From: an uncultured Mycoplasmatota bacterium
GTDB taxonomy: Bacteria > Bacillota_I > Bacilli_A > RF39 > UBA660
Assembly: GCA_946486465.1 (NCBI GenBank)
Contig: CAMLTY010000002.1
Location: 4,331 to 68,330 of the forward strand
Direction: 5' to 3'
Length of the DNA: 64,000 nucleotides
The notes beneath the pieces were generated by a model, which was not told where the DNA came from, made no database searches, and saw only the letters and a program-made list of their open reading frames with translations. A program made the translations under genes and the position numbers. Positions 45,848 to 54,603 of this stretch are shown here, piece after piece (the stretch's first letter is position 1; each line of letters starts with the position of its first letter).

Positions 45848-48466
45848 TTAATTCTCTAATTTAGCCCTTGCAGCAGCAAGTCTTGCCACAGGTACTCTAA
45901 ATGGACTACAAGAAACATAGTTAAGACCAACTTTATGACAAAAAGCTATACTCTTAGGATCTCCTCCATGTTCACCACAGATACCTAGTTTGATATCGCC
46001 TCTTGTACTTCTACCAAGTTCAGCAGCCATTTTTACTAATTTACCTACACCAACAGTATCTAGGCTTGCGAAAGGATCATTTACAAATATTTTTTTATCA
46101 TAGTAATCACTCAAGAACTTAGAAGCATCATCTCTTGAGAATCCATAAGTCATTTGGGTTAAATCATTAGTACCAAAACTGAAGAACTCTGCTTCTTCTG
46201 CTATTTTATCTGCTAGAATGGCAGCTCTTGGTATTTCTATCATAGTACCTACTTTATATTTTAAATCACTGTTATTATCTTTAATAATAGCATCAGCTGT
46301 TTCAACTACTATATTCTTAACATATTTTAATTCATTAACATCTCCTACTAAAGGTATCATAATTTCAGGTGTTACTTTAATACCCTCTTTTTCTACTTCT
46401 AAAGCAGCATTTATAACAGCTTTTGTTTGCATAACAGCAATTTCAGGATAAGTAACAGCAAGACGACATCCACGATGACCCATCATTGGATTAAATTCTT
46501 TTAGTGAATCTACCTTATTCTTTAAAGAAACAAAGTCCATATCAAGGTCTTTAGCAAGAGCTTTAATCTCATCATCAGTATGAGGCAAGAACTCATGTAG
46601 TGGTGGATCTAAGAATCTAATAGTAACTTCATAACCGTCCATTACTTTAAATAACTCTTTAAAGTCATCTTTTTGATAAGGTAAAATCTTATCTAGTGCT
46701 TCTTCACGTTTTTCTAATGTTGGAGCGACTATCATCTTTCTAAAGTTAAAGATTCTCTCACTATCAAAGAACATATGCTCTGTACGACAAAGTCCAATAC
46801 CTTTAGCACCAAAATCTCTTGCAACTTTAGCATCTCTTGGATTATCAGCATTAGTTCTAACTTCTAAATCTGCTACTTCATCAGCCCAGTTCATGAATGT
46901 TTCAAAATTTCCACTAATAGATGCAGGAACTGTCTTTATCTCTTCTCCATAAACATTACCAGTTGAACCATCTAAACTAAGGTAATCACCTTCTTTAAAG
47001 ACTTTACCATCTTTAGTAGTTAAAGTTTTCTTATTAACATCAACTACAACATCAGAACAACCTGATACACAACAAGTACCCATACCACGAGCGACAACAG
47101 CAGCATGGGAAGTCATTCCACCTCTAACTGTTAAAATACCACGAGCGATATTCATACCTTCAATATCTTCTGGAGATGTTTCTTCTCTTGCTAATATTAT
47201 ATCTTCTACACCATTTTCATGAGCTTTCATAACGTCATCGGCACTAAAATATAAGTGTCCAGTCGCTGCTCCAGGAGAAGCAGCTAAACCTTTACCAATA
47301 ACTTTCGCTTTAGATAAGGCATCTTTATCAAAAGCAGGATGTAATAATTGTTCTAGTTGTTTAGGTTCTACTCTTAAAAGCGCTTCTTCTTTAGTAATTT
47401 TACCTTCATTAACAAGTTCTACAGCAATTCTAAGAGCAGCTTCTGCCGTTCTTTTACCACTTCTAGTTTGAAGCATAAATAACTTACCATTTTCAATAGT
47501 AAACTCCATATCTTGCATATCTTTATAATGGTCTTCTAGAGTTTTACATATTTTAACAAACTCATCGTAACACTCTGGCATCACTTCTTTTAAAGTATCA
47601 ATAGATTGAGGTGTTCTAATACCTGCAACTACATCCTCTCCTTGAGCATTAATTAAATACTCTCCATATAACTTAGCTTCTCCAGTAGCAGGATTTCTAG
47701 TAAATGCAACACCAGTACCACTAGTATTACCCATATTACCATAAACCATCTCTTGAACATTAACAGCAGTACCCCAATCACCTGGAATATCATTAAGACG
47801 TCTATAAGTAATCGCTCTATCATTATTCCAACTTCTAAAGACAGCTTTAACCGCTTCTATTAGTTGCACTTTAGCATCTTGTGGAAACTCTTCGCCTGCA
47901 TGCTTTCTATATTCTTCTTTGTATCTATCTACAACTTCAACTAAGTCATCAGCAGTTAAATCAGTATCAAGTTCTACATTTTTCTCTTTTTTAATATCTT
48001 CAAATAAATATTCAAAAGAACTCTTTGGGAAGCCCATAACTACATCTGCAAACATTTGAATAAAACGACGATAACAGTCATAAGCAAACCTTTTGTTATC
48101 TGTAAGTCTTGCAAGTGTTTCTACTACTTCATCATTCATACCAAGATTAAGGATTGTATCCATCATTCCTGGCATAGAGCTTCTTGCCCCACTTCTAACT
48201 GATACTAATAATGGATTTTTATTATCTCCCATAGTCTTACCAGTTAACTTTTCAAGATTAAATAATTCTTTAAAGATTTCTTCTTTAATATCCTCACTAA
48301 TCTCTTCATTATCATCATAGTATTTTAAGCAAGCTTCAGTTGTTACAGTAAACCCACGAGGTACAGGTAGTCCAATTCTTGTCATCTCGGCAAGATTAGC
48401 TCCTTTTCCTCCTAACAACTCTCTCATATCCTTATTGCCTTCACTAAAGGCATAAACATATTTCAT
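45848..48466 (-). CDS. ppdK: pyruvate, phosphate dikinase
   Basis: GGKGANLAEM, phosphohistidine loop GGMTSHAAVVARGMG, C-terminal CGEHGGDP; 872 aa. Confidence 0.95.
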   Translation of the reverse strand: MKYVYAFSEGNKDMRELLGGKGANLAEMTRIGLPVPRGFTVTTEACLKYYDDNEEISEDIKEEIFKELFNLEKLTGKTMGDNKNPLLVSVRSGARSSMPGMMDTILNLGMNDEVVETLARLTDNKRFAYDCYRRFIQMFADVVMGFPKSSFEYLFEDIKKEKNVELDTDLTADDLVEVVDRYKEEYRKHAGEEFPQDAKVQLIEAVKAVFRSWNNDRAITYRRLNDIPGDWGTAVNVQEMVYGNMGNTSGTGVAFTRNPATGEAKLYGEYLINAQGEDVVAGIRTPQSIDTLKEVMPECYDEFVKICKTLEDHYKDMQDMEFTIENGKLFMLQTRSGKRTAEAALRIAVELVNEGKITKEEALLRVEPKQLEQLLHPAFDKDALSKAKVIGKGLAASPGAATGHLYFSADDVMKAHENGVEDIILAREETSPEDIEGMNIARGILTVRGGMTSHAAVVARGMGTCCVSGCSDVVVDVNKKTLTTKDGKVFKEGDYLSLDGSTGNVYGEEIKTVPASISGNFETFMNWADEVADLEVRTNADNPRDAKVARDFGAKGIGLCRTEHMFFDSERIFNFRKMIVAPTLEKREEALDKILPYQKDDFKELFKVMDGYEVTIRFLDPPLHEFLPHTDDEIKALAKDLDMDFVSLKNKVDSLKEFNPMMGHRGCRLAVTYPEIAVMQTKAVINAALEVEKEGIKVTPEIMIPLVGDVNELKYVKNIVVETADAIIKDNNSDLKYKVGTMIEIPRAAILADKIAEEAEFFSFGTNDLTQMTYGFSRDDASKFLSDYYDKKIFVNDPFASLDTVGVGKLVKMAAELGRSTRGDIKLGICGEHGGDPKSIAFCHKVGLNYVSCSPFRVPVARLAAARAKLEN

Positions 48467-48530
48467 TTAATCACTATCCTTTCGCTATACTTAAAGTATA
48501 ACAAAGATAATTTATTTTTTAAAGAAAAAA

Positions 48531-48559
48531 TTGCTACTAAAAATACGACATGATATACT
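48531..48559 (+). promoter_or_regulatory. promoter candidate for pyrH
   Basis: TTGCTA, 17 nt, TATACT, about 20 nt upstream of the AGGAAG RBS. Confidence 0.4.
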
Positions 48560-48579
48560 AATACCAAGGAAGTGAGACT

Positions 48580-49278
48580 ATGAAGAACAAAAGAATTTTA
48601 TTAAAGGTATCAGGAGAAGCTTTAAGTAGTTCTAAAGATAATGGTATTGACTTTGAAAGAGTTATAGAAATTGCTAAAGAAGTTAAAGATTGTCTTGATA
48701 TGGGCTTTTCTATTGCAATAGTTGTAGGAGGAGGAAACTTCTGGAGAGGTAAAGCGAATGACTTTATGGAGCGACAAACATCTGATTATATCGGTATGCT
48801 TGCAACTACTATGAATGCTCTAGCTTTGCAAGATGCTTTTAGACAAATAGGTGTTCCAGTTCGTGTTGAAACTGCTATTGAAATGAGAAAAGTTGCCGAG
48901 TTCTATCTACGTGAAAAATGTGAGAAACATCTTGAAAAAGGTAGAGTTGTAATATTTGGTTGTGGAACAGGTAACCCATTCTTTTCAACTGATACGGCAT
49001 CAGCTTTAAGAGCAGCAGAAATCAATGCCGATATTTTAGTAAAAGCAACTAATGTAGATGGTATTTATGATAAAGATCCTAAAAAGTATAAAGATGCTAA
49101 ATTAATTAAAGAAACAACATATAATGATGTGTTAAATAAAAAGTTAAAAGTAATTGACTTAACAGCAATTACTCTATGTATGGAAGAGTCAATTCCTATT
49201 ATTGTCTTCAATATAAATAAACCTGGTATGTTAAAACAAGCTCTTATTACTGATGATATAGGTTCTATTGTAAAGTAG
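48580..49278 (+). CDS. pyrH: UMP kinase
   Basis: RILLKVSGEAL, VVGGGNFWRG, GTGNPFFSTDT. Confidence 0.9.
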   Translation: MKNKRILLKVSGEALSSSKDNGIDFERVIEIAKEVKDCLDMGFSIAIVVGGGNFWRGKANDFMERQTSDYIGMLATTMNALALQDAFRQIGVPVRVETAIEMRKVAEFYLREKCEKHLEKGRVVIFGCGTGNPFFSTDTASALRAAEINADILVKATNVDGIYDKDPKKYKDAKLIKETTYNDVLNKKLKVIDLTAITLCMEESIPIIVFNINKPGMLKQALITDDIGSIVK

Positions 49279-49285
49279 GTGTATT

Positions 49286-50875
49286 ATGTATCCATTTAAA
49301 ATATTAAATAAAAAGAAATATGCTTTATGTTTTCTTAATGCTTTTATAGAAAATTTGTGTCTTTATCTAATGCCTGTCATCTTATCAATTTACTTAACTG
49401 TACCATTTACCATAGATAAATTTAAAATGCTAATTATTTTTACTATTGTTCTTAAAGTTATAGAAATATTCTGTAATGTGTTGTGGAATACAAAAGTAGT
49501 GGTATTTTTAGAAAATACTAAAAAAGATTTACAACTATCTTATTTTAAAAGACTTTGTAATCTGAAAATATCTAAACTTAATAATAGTCATACTGGTTTT
49601 TTAAAAAGCCAGATAGACACCATCAGTAATGAAACATATAATCTTTTAAATGAATTGATGCTAACTATCAACGGAGTTATAGTTGCCATTACTATATTTT
49701 TAATTCAAGTTTTTAATCAAAGTAAACTTGTGTTCATAATTTGTATTATCTTTATTATTTTCATTATAATTTATAATGTTATTATTTCTAAATACAATGT
49801 TAAATTACAAGAAAATTATAATGACATCTATGCCAAATACACTGCTACTAATGTTGATTTTATAGAAAATGTAAAAGTAGTTAAAAATTATGATGCTCTT
49901 ACTTTTGCCACTAATAAAATAAACGAAAAGTTTAGTTATATTAAAAAGCCAATGAGAAAAAACACTATTTATGCTTCTCTAAGATGGGATGGTATTAATG
50001 CTTTAATTTATATGTTATATGCCATACTTTTAATAAGTTTATTTATAAGTATGAAAAATGGTAATGATGTCTTTAGTTATATAGTTTTCTATTCTTCTAT
50101 GTTTAGTGGCCTTAGTACTGAATTAAGAGGTGTTGGTAGATTATTTGTTAATTTAAATAAATATAAGTCTGCTAATAATCAAATAGAAAAAGTTTTAACC
50201 CAAGAAGAAAAACAACCTAAATTTAAAAACTTTAATAATATTACTTTAAAAGATATAGAGTTTAAATATAGTAAGAAAAGTAAAAATGTTATAAATATAC
50301 CTTACTTCAAGGTAGATAAAAAAGATAAAGTAAGTATAATGGGAGAATCTGGTCAAGGTAAATCTACTTTTCTTAATCTATTCTGTAGATTTTATAAGAT
50401 AGATGATAATAAATATTTAGTTAATGGTAAAGAAAGCAGTAAAGCTCCAGATGTCGCTTATATTTCTCAAGAAACAGACCTCTTTGATTTATCTATTAGA
50501 GATAATCTCTTACTAGGTAAAAATATAAGTGATAAGAAATTAAATGAATATCTAAACCAAGCAGGACTTCTTGATTGGATTAATAGTCTAGAACATGGTC
50601 TTGATACTATAGTTGGTGAAAAAGGTATAAGACTATCTACTGGTCAAAAACAAAGATTAAATATTATTAGAGGAATTCTTTTAGATAAAGAAATATACAT
50701 TTTAGATGAACCAACTTCTAATTTAGATATTTTATCTGAAGAAAAGATTTATGATATGATAAATAAGTATTTAAATGATAAAACTCTAATTATCGTAACT
50801 CATAGACCTAAATTAAAAAATATCTGTAATAAACATTATTATTTTAAAGATAAAGAAATGATTTTAGAAGATTAA
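49286..50875 (+). CDS. fused ABC transporter permease/ATP-binding protein (exporter type)
   Basis: N-terminal 5-6 TM. Walker A GESGQGKST, signature LSTGQKQR, Walker B IYILDEPTS. Confidence 0.8.
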   Translation: MYPFKILNKKKYALCFLNAFIENLCLYLMPVILSIYLTVPFTIDKFKMLIIFTIVLKVIEIFCNVLWNTKVVVFLENTKKDLQLSYFKRLCNLKISKLNNSHTGFLKSQIDTISNETYNLLNELMLTINGVIVAITIFLIQVFNQSKLVFIICIIFIIFIIIYNVIISKYNVKLQENYNDIYAKYTATNVDFIENVKVVKNYDALTFATNKINEKFSYIKKPMRKNTIYASLRWDGINALIYMLYAILLISLFISMKNGNDVFSYIVFYSSMFSGLSTELRGVGRLFVNLNKYKSANNQIEKVLTQEEKQPKFKNFNNITLKDIEFKYSKKSKNVINIPYFKVDKKDKVSIMGESGQGKSTFLNLFCRFYKIDDNKYLVNGKESSKAPDVAYISQETDLFDLSIRDNLLLGKNISDKKLNEYLNQAGLLDWINSLEHGLDTIVGEKGIRLSTGQKQRLNIIRGILLDKEIYILDEPTSNLDILSEEKIYDMINKYLNDKTLIIVTHRPKLKNICNKHYYFKDKEMILED

Positions 50876-50888
50876 AGACCCTAATATA

Positions 50889-51272
50889 TCAATTATTAAG
50901 GTCTTCTTTACTTTTTAATTTATCTATTTTCTTTTTCGATAACGGATAAAAAGTAGAAACAAAATATTCTTTTTTATCTAGTCTAACTACTACACATACG
51001 TATTGATCTACTTTTCCATAATACTTAAGACTATTTCGCTTTTCATCATATTCTACATAATAAGGACTAGAAATAATTTTATCTATATTCATTAAAGTAT
51101 TATGATAACTATCTAATGTGATGAAATCGTTAGCATGTTTATTAGTATGAATGTCCAATTTATTTGATTGTACTATTTCTTTTGAAACCACTTTTTCTAT
51201 ATTAAAACATTTTATAATATTTTCATCTAAATATCCAATTATTTTTGAAGTAAAATTTTTATTTCTAGTCAT
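50889..51272 (-). CDS. small stand-alone PBECR-like (Barnase-EndoU-ColicinE5/D-RelE fold) putative nuclease
   Basis: 127 aa from ATG 51272 (AGGAGGG 7 nt upstream). Motifs LDIHTNKHANDF...IISSPYYVEYDEKRNSLKYYGKV...VCVVVRL...FVSTFYPL. Call made from motif memory only. Confidence 0.4.
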   Translation of the reverse strand: MTRNKNFTSKIIGYLDENIIKCFNIEKVVSKEIVQSNKLDIHTNKHANDFITLDSYHNTLMNIDKIISSPYYVEYDEKRNSLKYYGKVDQYVCVVVRLDKKEYFVSTFYPLSKKKIDKLKSKEDLNN

Positions 51273-51297
51273 TAACAAACCCTCCTGTAAATTAATA

Positions 51298-51447
51298 GAG
51301 CCCACATTCAAAGAATGTAGGCTCAAGAGTAACACGGTAGGTCTCCCAGTCCCTACTTGTATTCTTTCAGGATATAACCTTACTCAGACTCACTAGTAAA
51401 TAGTAAGCGTCAGTGCAAGAAGATAATCTACACCCTCAATGTTACTC
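51298..51447 (-). promoter_or_regulatory. candidate structured 5' leader / cis-regulatory RNA
   Basis: GC-enriched island. An 8-bp closing helix (51327-51334 with 51440-51447) encloses two hairpins, followed in RNA sense by a 12-bp hairpin (51298..51324), a U-rich stretch, then the RBS. Confidence 0.3.
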
Positions 51448-51669
51448 AAATATAATATACAATGCTCATATCAATAATAATGTCAAAATATGCATTGTAA
51501 TTATCTCTTTTGAGGACTAACCTCGAGATGTATGAATTATTATAAATCATACTTTATAAGAAGTCAATACAAAATTAACTTTCTTATACTTAATATTTTA
51601 ACATATAAAACTCATCACTATAATATTTTTTTTATATTTTACACTAAAATTGTAAAATTTTAAGGAAAT

Positions 51670-52554
51670 CTATATCTTATAAACTTTGTTCTTACCCTGT
51701 CTTATTCTTTGAAACTGTTCTTTTAAAGTACTCTTTGTATAAAATACAGCCCCTTTTAAATCAACTTCATCATCTAAAAACTCATAGTGTCTCTTATTAC
51801 TTTCCCATACACTTTCATGCTTTTATATAAAATCATTATTAAGATAATCAGTATTTAGATTATAAATATCTCTAACTTTTCCTCTATCTTGAAGCATCTT
51901 TTCAAAATAATAAGAAAATTTATCTAAGTCATAATCTCCACCATGCAAGTGATAAATATCATAGAAGTCTTTTGTTCTTGTATTTAAAACATCTGTCTTG
52001 GTAGACTCAGCGATAATACATAATTTTTCTGCTAAAGTCTCTTCCATAGAAGGTACTACTACTTCATATTCTTCATCTTTTGAAAATATTTTAGGTACTA
52101 ATTTTAATTGTTTCTCATAAATACAAGGATGATTTTCTCTATAATCAATACCTATTGGATGATTAATCTTTCCATATTTAGCAGCGATTGGAAACTTAAT
52201 AATACCTGTATTAGGTCTTCTAGGAGCACCTCTTAAAATATAATCAAAATCATTATTTTCCTCTTTAACACACATTGCATTTACTAAAAGTATTAAAGGG
52301 TTATGATGGTCTATTGTACTAGTTAAATCTATATCGGTAATCGGTCTAACTATTTTACCTAAATGTACTGCTTGAGCAAAACTTCCTTTAACTATTATAT
52401 CCATACTTTTATCTATTTTACTTAAACGATAGAGTAAATCTCTTGAAAAGAAAGTGTTATAAACATTAGTTATACTAATATTAAGCCTTTTAGATTCTTT
52501 ATTTAAATATGACTTTAAGCTATCACAATTCTTGAATTTATTCATTAGAACCAT
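51670..52554 (-). pseudogene. AbiEii/AbiGii-family nucleotidyltransferase toxin with in-frame TAA
   Basis: IIVKGSFAQAVHLGKIVRPITDIDLTS (NTase core). TAA at 51823-51825 is followed in the same frame by 50 more codons (KHESVWESNKRHYEFLDD...GKNKVYKI*), restoring a typical length of about 294 aa. Confidence 0.6.
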
Positions 52555-52610
52555 CCCCCTTTAGATGGCTAAATTATACCATAATGTATACCAAAAGTCA
52601 AAATTACTAA

Positions 52611-52639
52611 TTGTATTCTCACTAATTTTCCATTATAAT
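52611..52639 (+). promoter_or_regulatory. promoter candidate for the membrane protein / LtaS-like operon
   Basis: TTGTAT (52611-52616), 17 nt, TATAAT (52634-52639). It lies inside the 5' part of the track ORF 52565..53062. Confidence 0.4.
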
Positions 52640-52666
52640 ATAAAATACTTAGAAAGAAGTGGTAAT

Positions 52667-53062
52667 ATGTTTTTTATATGTATGTTAATGCCTGCTAGTA
52701 TTTCTATTCTTATAGAAAAAAGAATAGACAAAACTAACAAAAGTACAAGTGATTTAATATTAAAGTATTTACTTTATACTTTTCTAATTACAACGATTAT
52801 GAATACTTTTGTATATATCTTTAGTAGTGAAAAGATGTTTCATTATGCTGAATATACATTTAGTTATGACTTTTGTTTAAAATATATGTGGCTTAGCTTA
52901 GTAGTTGCTGTTATCTTACCATATATATTAAAAGTAATAAGTACTAATGTTGATATTAAATTAGAGTTAAAAGAGAAAAAAGATACCAAGAAAGATAAAG
53001 CAGTAAAAAATGTTAAAAAGATTAAAGAAGTTAAAAAAAGAAAAAATAATAAGAGCAATTAA
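52667..53062 (+). CDS. small 3-TM membrane protein with Lys-rich tail
   Basis: In-frame ATG 52667 downstream of the promoter candidate (the track start 52565 would precede the promoter). MFFICMLMPASISILIEKR... Confidence 0.4.
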   Translation: MFFICMLMPASISILIEKRIDKTNKSTSDLILKYLLYTFLITTIMNTFVYIFSSEKMFHYAEYTFSYDFCLKYMWLSLVVAVILPYILKVISTNVDIKLELKEKKDTKKDKAVKNVKKIKEVKKRKNNKSN

Positions 53063-54578
53063 ATGGATATTAGCTTTTCTCTTAATCTTTTTAGCTCTCA
53101 TTATTATCTTTAGTACACACTGGTCTTTAATTAATTTTCAGTTTAATAATTTTGACCAAATATTATTTACATTAACTAGTTCAGTAGCATCTGCTAGTAA
53201 TGATTTAATAGAAGAATTTATTAAAGAAAATGTTTTAATACCTCTTATTATTACTATTGTAATCATAGTGATTGTTATAATCTTTAAACATTTATTTAAA
53301 CATCTAGAGGCATACATTACTATTAAAATTAGAAGTAAGTCTTTTAAATTAAGGTTTTATAATGTTATTAAATATTTACTTTTACTTAGCTTAGTAAGTT
53401 ATTCCCTTTATTATGCTTTAAGTAACCTATATATAATTGACTATATTAAGTATAGTTATATAGAATCTAATTTCTTAGAAGTAAATTATGTAGAACCAGA
53501 AGAAGTTAAATTAGAATGGCCTGATGAAAAAAGAAACTTAATTTATATTTTTCTAGAATCAATGGAATCTACTTATGCTGATAAAGAAAACGGTGGGGCA
53601 TATGATATTAATTACATGTCTGAATTAACAGAGCTTGCTAAAGATAATATTAATTTTTCTTCTAATAATTTAGTTGGTGGTGCTCATATGGGATATAATG
53701 CTTCATGGACAATGGCTGCTATGGTAGCACATACTGCAGGTATTCCTTTAAAAACTATTTTTAATCAAGATGATGTAAGTACTTATGAAGCAGGTACTAC
53801 TCTTCCAGGGGCATATTCTATAGGAGACATACTAAAAGATGCAGGATATAGGCAGTATATTATGGTAGGCTCTGATTTAACCTTTGGTGGAAGAAGAAAT
53901 TATTTTAAAAATCATGGTGATTATACTATGTATGATTATTATACGGCAATAGATGATGGAATAATTGATGAAGATTACTATGTATTTTGGGGTTATGAAG
54001 ATGCCAAGTTATTTGACTATGCTAAAGAAGAGTTAACAAAAATATCTAAAAGTGATGAACCATTTAATTTCACAATGCTAACTGTTGATACTCATTTTGA
54101 AGATGGATATTTAGATGATTCTTGCAAAGATATATATGATAATCATTATTTAACATCTATTGATTGTTCTAGTGAAAAATTAGATGATTTTGTTAATTGG
54201 ATTAAAGATCAAGACTTTCATGAAAATACTACTGTTATACTAGTAGGAGACCACCTTAGTATGAATACCTATTCTTTTGATGAAATAGATCCTACTTATC
54301 AAAGAGGTGTTTATAATGTTTTTATAAATTCAGCAGTTGATACTGATTGTAATAAGAATAGAAACTTTACAACCTTTGATTATTACCCTACTACCCTAGC
54401 TGCTTTAGGAGTTAAAATTGATGGTGAAAGACTAGGGTTAGGAACTAATTTATTTAGTTGTAAAGAAACATTATCAGAAGAATATGGTAATGATTATATT
54501 GATGAAAGACTTATGGAAAAATCTCTTTATTATGATGCCTGTATTGGAAAAAAATGTGATATTAAAAAGGATAAGTAA
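53010..54578 (+). CDS. LTA synthase (LtaS)/sulfatase-family phosphoglycerol transferase
   Basis: 3 N-terminal TMs, then a sulfatase-type domain (IYIFLESMESTY, TVDTHF, LVGDHLS). Confidence 0.75.
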   Translation: MLKRLKKLKKEKIIRAIKWILAFLLIFLALIIIFSTHWSLINFQFNNFDQILFTLTSSVASASNDLIEEFIKENVLIPLIITIVIIVIVIIFKHLFKHLEAYITIKIRSKSFKLRFYNVIKYLLLLSLVSYSLYYALSNLYIIDYIKYSYIESNFLEVNYVEPEEVKLEWPDEKRNLIYIFLESMESTYADKENGGAYDINYMSELTELAKDNINFSSNNLVGGAHMGYNASWTMAAMVAHTAGIPLKTIFNQDDVSTYEAGTTLPGAYSIGDILKDAGYRQYIMVGSDLTFGGRRNYFKNHGDYTMYDYYTAIDDGIIDEDYYVFWGYEDAKLFDYAKEELTKISKSDEPFNFTMLTVDTHFEDGYLDDSCKDIYDNHYLTSIDCSSEKLDDFVNWIKDQDFHENTTVILVGDHLSMNTYSFDEIDPTYQRGVYNVFINSAVDTDCNKNRNFTTFDYYPTTLAALGVKIDGERLGLGTNLFSCKETLSEEYGNDYIDERLMEKSLYYDACIGKKCDIKKDK

Positions 54579-54600
54579 TGTTAATAATTACCTATCCTTT
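54567..54600. terminator. bidirectional hairpin between the convergent LtaS-like and htpG genes
   Basis: AAGGATAAGTAAT / ATTACCTATCCTT (one mismatch), flanked by A and T runs. Confidence 0.4.
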
Positions 54601-54603
54601 ATT

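Noticed and set aside
48580-49278. pyrH lacking the usual tsf/frr neighbours, as a sign of horizontal transfer.
   Set aside because: The protein carries all UMP-kinase motifs and its composition matches the surroundings. Gene order for pyrH is variable in Firmicutes, so the evidence is insufficient.
51298-51447. Identification of the structured leader as a known RNA: group II intron domain V, hammerhead, twister, ykkC/ZTP/c-di-GMP riboswitches, SRP or 6S RNA.
   Set aside because: The 12-bp hairpin starts with GAGCC like domain V, but it lacks the bulge and GNRA loop. No CUGAUGA/GAAA hammerhead cores or class-defining riboswitch motifs were found by eye. It is left as an unclassified candidate.
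51823-51825. In-frame TAA codons (here and at 63239) as evidence of stop-codon reassignment or programmed read-through.
   Set aside because: TAA is the ordinary terminator of many intact neighbouring genes in this window. TGA and TAG are also used as stops (for example 41709, 18256). Simple nonsense mutations in accessory genes are the more economical explanation.
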